Source of the DNA: Christensenellaceae bacterium Phil7
GTDB taxonomy: Bacteria; Bacillota; Clostridia; Christensenellales; CAG-138
Length of the DNA stretch: 64,000 bases
Reading direction: 5' to 3'
Assembly: GCA_001940845.1 (NCBI GenBank)
Contig: MSGV01000001.1
Span: 25,975 to 89,974 of the forward strand
Shown here: piece after piece, positions 26,872-33,877 of the stretch
Layout: every line of letters starts with the position of its first letter
Position numbering within the stretch: the stretch's first letter is position 1
Position numbers and translations under genes: made by a program
The notes under the pieces: generated by a model
The model's input: only the letters and a program-made list of their open reading frames with translations
What the model was told of the DNA's origin: nothing
Databases searched by the model: none

Positions 26872-28911
26872 ATGCAAGACAACAATCCTTTGACCCTCGG
26901 CAGCCTGTTTGACGGCTCCGGGGGTTTTCCTTTGGGTGGCTTGATCTCCGGCATCCAGCCTGTCTGGGCATCTGAGATCGAGCCGTTTCCCATTCGGGTG
27001 ACCACAAAACGGCTACCCTTTATGAAACACTATGGCGACATCTCCCAGATGGATGGCGGGACGATCGAGCCAGTGGACATCATCACTTTTGGCTCTCCCT
27101 GCACCGATATGAGCGTGGCGGGCAAACGAGCCGGACTGGACGGACGGCAATCCGTTCTGTTCTACCAAGCCATCCGCATTATTACAGAAATGAGGTGTGC
27201 CACAGGTGGTAAATATCCAAGATGGATCTGCTGGGAAAATGTCCCCGGTGCTTTCTCATCCAACAAAGGCGAGGACTTCAAAGCAGTCCTCGAAGCGGTC
27301 ATCGGGGTCGCCCGGCCGGGAACCGAGGTGCCTATGCCTGAAAGGGCAAGATGGCCCTATGCAGACTGCTACATGGGAGACGGATGGAGCGTTGCGTACC
27401 GAACTCTCGATGCTCAATTCTGGGGAGTCCCCCAGCGCAGAAAACGCATCTACCTTGTCGCAGATTTTGCAGGCAGGAGTGCCTTCGACATACTTTTTAA
27501 GTCCGAAGGCTTGTCTGGGTATTCTGCGGAGGGCTTCCGCTCGTGGCAAAGAACTGCCGGAGATTCTGCGGTTGGCTCTGGAGCGGCAGGCTTTGATGGG
27601 TACAACGGCGATCTGACGGGAGAAGTCAGTTCCACGTTGGGTGTCAACTGCGGCATGAGTACCGGGCGTAACGGGATCGTCCTCAATGACCAGGGCGGTA
27701 ATCGCATGGATGTGTCGGACGAGGTATCCTGCACCCTTCGGGCTGAAGCCCACCATCCACCCTGCGTGATGGAGGCTACCGTCTTTGAAAATCACAGCCA
27801 GGACACCCGATACACTGAACTGGAAGGTGTCGCGCCAACGGTCGCCTCTACCTACGGCATGGGCGGTAACAACCAGCCATTCGTGGTGGAAACACCCAAG
27901 CTACTGAAAATCCGCTCCGGCTGTGAAGGCGGCGGCAAAGGCCCTCTCATCCAGGAGGACAAGTCCGCTACGCTGTCCTGCAACAACGACCAGGTGGCTT
28001 TTATTCCTTTCTGCAAAGGGACTCGCCCTCACTCAGCCGAGGAAGGTCAAGTATGGAAATCTGCCGAGGTAGCGAACACCCTGAACACCTTTGATGTGGG
28101 CGAGGGACGGTGCAACGAACTGGCGGTCCAAGCTTTTGGCATCTGCTCGAAGGACAGCAATTCTATGAAATCCGGCAATCCCCACAGTGGGATTTACCCA
28201 GCGGATACCTCCCGCACCCTGGACGGCAACGGAGGCAACCCCGGCTGCAACCAGGGCGGCATCGCCGTGGTGGGTTGCTATGCCCTGCAGGGTTCCATGA
28301 TCGGTCGGAAGGACGAGAACGGTCCCCAGGGCGATGGCATCAATGAGGATGTGAGCTTTACGCTGAACACCACCGATCGCCATGCCGTCTACACGATGAC
28401 CACGGGCAGTTTCACCCAGGTTGCCGAGGACATGGCACCGACTGTACTGGCGAGGGACTATAAAGACCCCACCGCTGTTTGCTATGGCATCGGCAGGGAT
28501 ACCTTCAACCAGGGAAAGAACGCCAAGTTCTCACCGACCTTTGAAGAGGAACTCCAGCCCACACTGGTGGCGAAAGGCCCCGGCGCTATTCAGAATGGAT
28601 ACACCGTCCGCAGGCTGACTCCTACCGAGTGCGCCAGGTTGCAGGGCTTTCCCGACTGGTGGTGTGACGGTCTGGAAACCCCAGAGCCAACGATGGAGGA
28701 TATCCGTTATTGGTACGATGTGTTCGAAACCCACCGCAAAATTATGGGTACATCCTCCAAACCGAAAACCCTCAAACAAATTGCAAAGTGGCTGCGCTCG
28801 CCACATTCGGATGCCGCTGAATATAAGATGTGGGGCAACGGAGTGGCTCTGCCGTGCGTTGTTTTTGTACTGTCCGGCATTGTGTGGTGTACACAAGATG
28901 GGGACAGATAA
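26872..28911 (+). CDS. Large (680-aa) DNA (cytosine-5)-methyltransferase with an expanded variable region
   Basis: LFDGSGGF (I), FGSPCTDMS (IV), ENVPG (VI), VPQRRKRIYLV (VIII), RRLTPTECARLQGFPDWW (IX) and GNGVALP (X). About 390 aa lie between motifs VIII and IX. ATG 26872 follows AGGAGG. Confidence 0.9.
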   Translation: MQDNNPLTLGSLFDGSGGFPLGGLISGIQPVWASEIEPFPIRVTTKRLPFMKHYGDISQMDGGTIEPVDIITFGSPCTDMSVAGKRAGLDGRQSVLFYQAIRIITEMRCATGGKYPRWICWENVPGAFSSNKGEDFKAVLEAVIGVARPGTEVPMPERARWPYADCYMGDGWSVAYRTLDAQFWGVPQRRKRIYLVADFAGRSAFDILFKSEGLSGYSAEGFRSWQRTAGDSAVGSGAAGFDGYNGDLTGEVSSTLGVNCGMSTGRNGIVLNDQGGNRMDVSDEVSCTLRAEAHHPPCVMEATVFENHSQDTRYTELEGVAPTVASTYGMGGNNQPFVVETPKLLKIRSGCEGGGKGPLIQEDKSATLSCNNDQVAFIPFCKGTRPHSAEEGQVWKSAEVANTLNTFDVGEGRCNELAVQAFGICSKDSNSMKSGNPHSGIYPADTSRTLDGNGGNPGCNQGGIAVVGCYALQGSMIGRKDENGPQGDGINEDVSFTLNTTDRHAVYTMTTGSFTQVAEDMAPTVLARDYKDPTAVCYGIGRDTFNQGKNAKFSPTFEEELQPTLVAKGPGAIQNGYTVRRLTPTECARLQGFPDWWCDGLETPEPTMEDIRYWYDVFETHRKIMGTSSKPKTLKQIAKWLRSPHSDAAEYKMWGNGVALPCVVFVLSGIVWCTQDGDR

Positions 28912-28938
28912 TTCTACAAAGTCAGGTCGCTATAGTAC

Positions 28939-28967
28939 TTGCTATTTTAGGGGTTTAGAGCGAATAT
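28939..28967 (+). promoter_or_regulatory. Promoter box family, divergent copy 1
   Basis: TTGCTA, 17-nt spacer, GAATAT, with the shared TTTAGAG.GAATATG core. Confidence 0.45.
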
Positions 28968-28997
28968 GTGACTACCAAATTAAAGGAGGTCACTAAA

Positions 28998-29807
28998 ATG
29001 ATCATGACAATCCACTTCAACGTCCCCGGCAAGAAACGCAAGGAACTTGCCCACACCATCGCAGACTGCATAGGTGTGAAAGCCCAATACATGGGGGCTC
29101 CGAATTTCACCTACGAGATGGATTACTTCACTCTCGACAAGGAAGGCACATTAGAGTATGACTCCGCAGTTGACCGTGAAAGCATCCTCGCTTTACTGAG
29201 CGACTTGACTGCACAGGGATTCGAGTATGACAACACAACAGATGACCGGGATTGCGAATCGCCCGAAGAGCAAAGCGAGACTACTGCTCCTGACAACGAT
29301 GCCGGACTGACAATTTCCGTTCCTCTGGACAAGGTTAAGGTCGGCAACCTCACCAACATTCTGGAAGCAAAGGCCGACCTGATCAAAAAAGCCCTGGGGG
29401 TTAAGAACATCCGCATTATGGTGGATGGGGACAAGGTCAGTTTCCCCTGGTTCGAGGAACTGCCGGATGCGGACACCACCGCAGCCTACAGTACCTCCAT
29501 TTGCAAGCTGTGTGAAATGAGTGTCAACCAGACCCGAATTTCCGCAAAGGCGAAGGACGTGGAAAACGAAAAGTACGCTTTCCGCTGTTTCCTCCTGCGC
29601 CTGGGATTCATTGGGGCCGAGTACAAAGAGGCTCGGAAAATCCTGCTCCGCAACCTTTCCGGCAGCTCCGCATTCAAGAGCGGCGCAAAAGCCTCCGCCG
29701 AACCGACCGAAGAGGTCAGCGATCCTTTCCCGGTCGAGGAAATGGTCGCTGATGCAATTCTCATCCAGGCGGTCAACCAGTCATTCGATGAGGAGGTGGC
29801 AGAATGA
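28998..29807 (+). CDS. Hypothetical cargo protein sharing a C-terminal module with the amidoligase
   Basis: N-terminus MIMTIHFNVPGKKRKELAHTIADCIG. The segment EKYAFRCFLLRLGFIGAEYKEARKILLRNLSGSSAFKSG parallels the amidoligase C-terminus. Confidence 0.6.
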   Translation: MIMTIHFNVPGKKRKELAHTIADCIGVKAQYMGAPNFTYEMDYFTLDKEGTLEYDSAVDRESILALLSDLTAQGFEYDNTTDDRDCESPEEQSETTAPDNDAGLTISVPLDKVKVGNLTNILEAKADLIKKALGVKNIRIMVDGDKVSFPWFEELPDADTTAAYSTSICKLCEMSVNQTRISAKAKDVENEKYAFRCFLLRLGFIGAEYKEARKILLRNLSGSSAFKSGAKASAEPTEEVSDPFPVEEMVADAILIQAVNQSFDEEVAE

Positions 29808-29995
29808 TCGTCTACATCACCAACCTCAAAGAAATCCCCAAAACCTGCATCGACTTTGACTTCGCCTGTAATATCCCTGCCAGTCTTCGCGACCCCGCAA
29901 AAATCCTCAAGCCTTACCTCAAAAAGCGGCATCCCTCATGCCCCCTTCGGGTAGTCAAGGACGAGTGCATCAAGGAGGTGGAGTCATGCAAGTGA
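29804..29995 (+). CDS. Hypothetical small protein
   Basis: 63-aa ORF with SD GAGGAGG, coupled to both neighbours. Confidence 0.45.
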   Translation: MIVYITNLKEIPKTCIDFDFACNIPASLRDPAKILKPYLKKRHPSCPLRVVKDECIKEVESCK

Positions 29996-30210
29996 TTTCC
30001 AGAGCCGCACTCCAGTCCCTCCGTGACCGCTTTCCCAGCGGCACACGGGTGGAGCTGGTACGGATGGACGATCCGCAAGCCCCTCCCATCGGCACAAAAG
30101 GAACCGTACTGGGTGTCGATGACATCGGCAGCATTATGGTTGCCTGGGACAATGGGTGTGGCTTGAATGTAGCTTACGGTGCGGACGAGTGCCGCAAAAT
30201 CAAGCGGTAA
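29986..30210 (+). CDS. DUF4314-like small protein
   Basis: RFPSGTRVELVRMDDPQAPPIGTKGTVLGVDDIGSIMVAWDNG. ATG 29986 follows AGGAGG. Confidence 0.6.
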   Translation: MQVISRAALQSLRDRFPSGTRVELVRMDDPQAPPIGTKGTVLGVDDIGSIMVAWDNGCGLNVAYGADECRKIKR

Positions 30211-30240
30211 ATCGTCATAATATGCACAGTTTGCGGGCAA

Positions 30241-30346
30241 CAAGATCGTGTACTTTATTATCGCAAAACCCCTGGATATAGTACGCTTTTAGAGGTAATA
30301 TGTGTCACGCCGAAAGGAAAACACCACTTTTTAGGAGGCACACACC
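30241..30346 (+). promoter_or_regulatory. Promoter/leader box family, copy 2
   Basis: TGGATA (30273), 17-nt spacer, TAATAT (30296). The whole ~105-nt element is nearly identical to 32084-32188. Confidence 0.55.
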
Positions 30347-31294
30347 ATGAACGAAAAGACCAGAACCCAGATTGAGGAAATGAAAAAGCAGACCATCGGC
30401 GTTGAGGTGGAGATGAACAACATCACGCGCCAGCGGGCTGCAAAGGTAGCCGCCGACTTTTTCGGAACCAACCGCCACCAAAACACCGCCGGACGAAACG
30501 GCTACAGCACTTGGTCGGCTTGGGATAGCCAGGGGCGGGAATGGAAATTCCAAAAGGATGTCAGCATTTCCGGGCCGGATGATGAAAAGTGCGAACTGGT
30601 CACCCCGATCCTCACCTATGCTGACATGAACACACTGCAGGAACTGATTCGCCAGCTTCGACACGCAGGGGCTAAGAGCGATGCCTCCAGAGGGTGCGGT
30701 GTTCACATTCACATCGGAGCGAACGGACATACCGCCCAGACTCTCCGCAACCTCGCCAACATCATGGCAAGCCACGAGCAGCTTTTGGCAGACGCCTTGA
30801 ACCTTGATTCCTACCGCATTAGCCGATACTGCCGCACGGTCGACCCCCGTTTCCTCGACCAGGTCAACCGCAAAAAGCCCACCAGCCTTTCGGCACTTGC
30901 CGATGTATGGTACGGTAGCCAGGGCGAAAACTGGAATCGCAGTGGTCACTACAACGACAGCCGCTACCATATGCTTAACCTCCACGCCACCTTCACCAAA
31001 GGTACAGTCGAGTTTCGACTCTTCCAGTTTGATGCCCCTGCCAACGGAAAGCAAAACGGACTCCATGCGGGACAACTCAAAAGTTACATCCAGCTTTGCC
31101 TCGCACTGAGTCAGATGGCAAAAAGTGTTCGCACCGCCAGCCCCAAGCCCCAGCAGACCGAAAACCCCAAATACGCCATGCGGACTTGGCTCCTTCGCCT
31201 GGGCTTCATTGGTGAGGAGTTCGAAACCGCCAGAGACCTTTTGACCCGCCGCCTTGTCGGAGATGCCGCCTTCAGAAACGGGCGCGCCGCTTGA
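30347..31294 (+). CDS. Amidoligase (GS-like, Amidoligase_2 family)
   Basis: IGVEVEMN...CELVTPIL...GCGVHIHIG...YHMLNLH...GTVEFRLFQ. This is the glutamine-synthetase-like amidoligase pattern as I recall it from PF12224. Confidence 0.75.
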   Translation: MNEKTRTQIEEMKKQTIGVEVEMNNITRQRAAKVAADFFGTNRHQNTAGRNGYSTWSAWDSQGREWKFQKDVSISGPDDEKCELVTPILTYADMNTLQELIRQLRHAGAKSDASRGCGVHIHIGANGHTAQTLRNLANIMASHEQLLADALNLDSYRISRYCRTVDPRFLDQVNRKKPTSLSALADVWYGSQGENWNRSGHYNDSRYHMLNLHATFTKGTVEFRLFQFDAPANGKQNGLHAGQLKSYIQLCLALSQMAKSVRTASPKPQQTENPKYAMRTWLLRLGFIGEEFETARDLLTRRLVGDAAFRNGRAA

Positions 31295-31380
31295 AGGACA
31301 TAGCCACAGGCCCCCTGAACCCGCCTCGGCGGGCTTAAGGTGGTAGAAGGGATACCCCTTCAGAAAGGACGGACAAGACT

Positions 31381-31863
31381 ATGCGTAAAAGATACTACCT
31401 CGCCTATGGGAGCAACCTCAACATCAGCCAAATGCGGTATCGTTGCCCCTCTGCCAGAGTTGTTGGCACGGCAGTCATTGAAAACTACCAGCTTCTTTTC
31501 AAAGGAAGCAAGACCGGCTCATACCTCACCATTGAGCCATGTGAGGGCGACAGCGTTCCCGTGGCGGCTTGGGAAGTCGCTGAGGATGATGAACGCCGCC
31601 TGGATCGGTACGAGGGATTCCCTCATTTTTACTACAAAAAGGAACTGCGCCTTCCGATCACGGGCATCAAGTCCGGCAAGGTGCGGATGCGGGACGCTTT
31701 CGTATACATCATGCACGAGGAACGATCCTGCGGAGTGCCCTCCATGTCGTATCTTCGCACCTGCGATATTGGCTATCTCAACTTTGGCTTCGACCCCTGC
31801 AAGTTGGCTAAGGCATTTGAAGTGAGTCTGAAATTAATGGGAGGATATGTCAATGAAAACTGA
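31381..31863 (+). CDS. Gamma-glutamylcyclotransferase / AIG2-like protein
   Basis: YLAYGSNLN...RCP (YGSNL motif) and LDRYEGFPHFY. Confidence 0.8.
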   Translation: MRKRYYLAYGSNLNISQMRYRCPSARVVGTAVIENYQLLFKGSKTGSYLTIEPCEGDSVPVAAWEVAEDDERRLDRYEGFPHFYYKKELRLPITGIKSGKVRMRDAFVYIMHEERSCGVPSMSYLRTCDIGYLNFGFDPCKLAKAFEVSLKLMGGYVNEN

Positions 31864-32056
31864 AAAACTGCGTATTCGTATTTGTCCCCGCTGTGGCAAA
31901 GCCTACGGCGACCGCCCTGCACTATCTCGGACAGACAATGTAACACTGATTTGCCCGGATTGCGGCACCAGGGAGGCATTGCAGAGCATTGGCGTGGATA
32001 CCGATGAACAGGATAGAATTCTCTCCGTTATCCACCGTAACACCGATAGGCATTAA
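31853..32056 (+). CDS. Zinc-ribbon small protein
   Basis: CPRCGKAY...CPDCGTRE. The start could be 31847 or 31853. Confidence 0.5.
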   Translation: MKTEKLRIRICPRCGKAYGDRPALSRTDNVTLICPDCGTREALQSIGVDTDEQDRILSVIHRNTDRH

Positions 32057-32083
32057 GCACTATTCCGCACAGAAATCCCTCCT

Positions 32084-32188
32084 CAAGATCGTGTACTATA
32101 TTATCGCCAAACCCCTGGATATTGTGTGCTTTTAGAGGTAATATGCTACTACCGAAAGGGGAATACACATTTTACGGAGGACAACACC
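32084..32188 (+). promoter_or_regulatory. Promoter/leader box family, copy 3
   Basis: TGGATA (32116), 17-nt spacer, TAATAT (32139). Near-identical to copy 2. Confidence 0.55.
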
Positions 32189-32551
32189 ATGAAGAAAATC
32201 GACTTTTTTGAAAGAGCCATCGCAGAGCAGGCTGGTAGCCTTTCCGACTACGGCATCAACAGCACCATGTTCTGGGCTTACCGCCGCAGCGTTGAAGCCA
32301 ACAACGACCTGATCGACTTTAACGAGGTCATTTGGGACGAGGATGTGGAGGCCATCGCCGCTTGCATGAAGGACAACGGCATCAGCGAATTTACCATCAG
32401 CAGCACCTTCTCCGGCTTGATTCCCACCCTCGCCGCTTTCGACAAGCTGGGCATAAAGGTTGCCGGGGTCACTGAGGTCAACGCCCCCTACAAGGATTGG
32501 CAGACAGGTACCTACGCCAGAATCCCTGCAGTCCGCCTGGTCATGGCTTGA
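32189..32551 (+). CDS. Hypothetical cargo protein
   Basis: 121 aa (MKKIDFFERAIAEQ...). ATG follows ACGGAGG. Confidence 0.5.
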   Translation: MKKIDFFERAIAEQAGSLSDYGINSTMFWAYRRSVEANNDLIDFNEVIWDEDVEAIAACMKDNGISEFTISSTFSGLIPTLAAFDKLGIKVAGVTEVNAPYKDWQTGTYARIPAVRLVMA

Positions 32552-32571
32552 TCTACCACCTCGCCGCCGAG

Positions 32572-32592
32572 AGAGCCACATGGCTCTTTTGG
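32572..32592 (+). terminator. Rho-independent terminator closing the cargo operon
   Basis: AGAGCC-acat-GGCTCT followed by TTTTGG. Confidence 0.55.
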
Positions 32593-32722
32593 TCGTATAT
32601 GCACACATTTCCTCCGGGTTATTTGTGTAGTATATGCCCTGGGATATACCTTCCTGAGTCGAGCTGCATTTAACATAAGAAAAGCACCTACCCTAAGATA
32701 GATGCTTAACTCAAAATTGTTT

Positions 32723-33052
32723 TTACTTTTGGTTCATATACTCAATATATTCTTTCCCAAAATCCTGAATGCTGGTGAGAACTGGTTCAAACTTCTCGCC
32801 GATAGGTGTTAATGCGTACTCTACTCTCAGCGGCATTTCACTATACGCAGTGCGGGAGATCAAGCCTTCTTCCTCTAATTGCTTTAGCTGACTGGAAAGA
32901 GTCGCGTGAGTCATTTTGGGCATTCTGCGTTGCAATTCATTGAAACGAATAGGCCCATTTGAAAGATGGTGCATAATTAGAATTGCCCATTTTCCCTGTA
33001 TCAATCGCTGTGTTGTTGCAAACGGACACAAGCCAAATAAATCTTTGTCCAC
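32723..33052 (-). CDS. HxlR-family transcriptional regulator
   Basis: CPFATTQRLIQGKWAILIMHHLSNGPIRFNELQRRMP...THATLSSQLKQLEEEGLI. Confidence 0.88.
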   Translation of the reverse strand: MDKDLFGLCPFATTQRLIQGKWAILIMHHLSNGPIRFNELQRRMPKMTHATLSSQLKQLEEEGLISRTAYSEMPLRVEYALTPIGEKFEPVLTSIQDFGKEYIEYMNQK

Positions 33053-33076
33053 TATAACCTCTTTTCTGAATTTATA

Positions 33077-33481
33077 TCAGACTTCAAAGGCTTCCTTTTG
33101 ACCCATCATTGTGCATATTTCTGCGTATCCGTTTTCAAGATGGAAAATGCCGAGTTTATAGCCTGTTCGCTCATTGTATATTTTCTGCATTTGAGGCATC
33201 TTTGCAAGCACTGCATTAGCAATATCATCGGTTTCTTCAAATACCGCCTCGCCGTCATAACGAAGAAACTCATCGCCACTAACAGCAAGAATTTCTACTT
33301 TATGATTTCTCTCTACCTGAGCAAATACTTTTTTGAATGTGCCTGTACCGAAATAAAGCTTATCACCCTGCAACAAATGGAAACGGAACGGCCTGCCTTT
33401 TGGTTGGTCGCCATCTGTGGTAAGAAAATACCACACACCTGCCTGATTTAGAAATTCGTTGATTTTCTCAAGATTTGTCAT
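33077..33481 (-). CDS. Pyridoxamine 5'-phosphate oxidase-family (FMN-binding split-barrel) protein
   Basis: WYFLTTDGDQPKGRPFRF...KLYFGTGTFKKVF. It has the same fold pattern as the host gene at 58157. Confidence 0.75.
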   Translation of the reverse strand: MTNLEKINEFLNQAGVWYFLTTDGDQPKGRPFRFHLLQGDKLYFGTGTFKKVFAQVERNHKVEILAVSGDEFLRYDGEAVFEETDDIANAVLAKMPQMQKIYNERTGYKLGIFHLENGYAEICTMMGQKEAFEV

Positions 33482-33573
33482 CGTCTTTGACTCCTTAATT
33501 ATAGTATATCATTGGTTCATTTTCAAGTGAAACGACAAAAATATATAGCGGTATAGTTTTTTGAACCAATATG

Positions 33574-33602
33574 ATGTTAGCACTATTTGATGTTACAGTC
33601 AA
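33574..33602 (-). promoter_or_regulatory. Candidate promoter of the PNPOx-HxlR moron
   Basis: The minus strand reads TTGACT, 17-nt spacer, TAACAT. The inverted repeat ATTGGTTCA (33511) / TGAACCAAT (33562) lies in the leader. Confidence 0.45.
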
Positions 33603-33877
33603 GTACGATCGTGAGAAATACCAAGTACCCCAAAAGATACCGCCGCGCTACAAAACCTAAATAGCGGGGTGGTAATTCTTAGCCGGTGATAAGGTTCAGG
33701 ACTTCCATTGTGAAAAAGAAAATTACACCGCCCGCAGGGTCAGCCAGGGACTGAGCCGAGAGGCTCTGTTCCTCGTTCACGAAGTCGCACCGATCTACGG
33801 TGGCGGCTGTTTTTATGCTCATTTTGAGGAGGTGACCGCATATCAGAAAGCTGAAGAAATACACGCCAACCCGGTTC

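Noticed and set aside
25638-27005. 455-aa minus-strand ORF antisense to the ParB-methylase gene. Similar long antisense ORFs occur at 15482-16249, 16337-17107, 17579-18502, 18560-19495, 20343-21479, 21892-22467, 24410-25024, 33740-34354, 36717-37649, 38183-38785, 40986-41732, 45249-45908, 46032-46787, 47712-48335, 50982-51806, 51950-52834, 52602-53807, 56212-57483 and 59969-60733.
   Set aside because: All are embedded antisense in plus-strand genes that have clear family motifs and operon logic. None has a convincing SD or a recognisable domain.
33676-33877. Open plus-strand frame upstream of terL (...VSQGLSREALFLVHEVAPIYGGG...)
   Set aside because: It has no usable start codon until a GTG that leaves only ~27 codons. 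It is probably a remnant created by the adjacent insertion, so it was not called as a gene.
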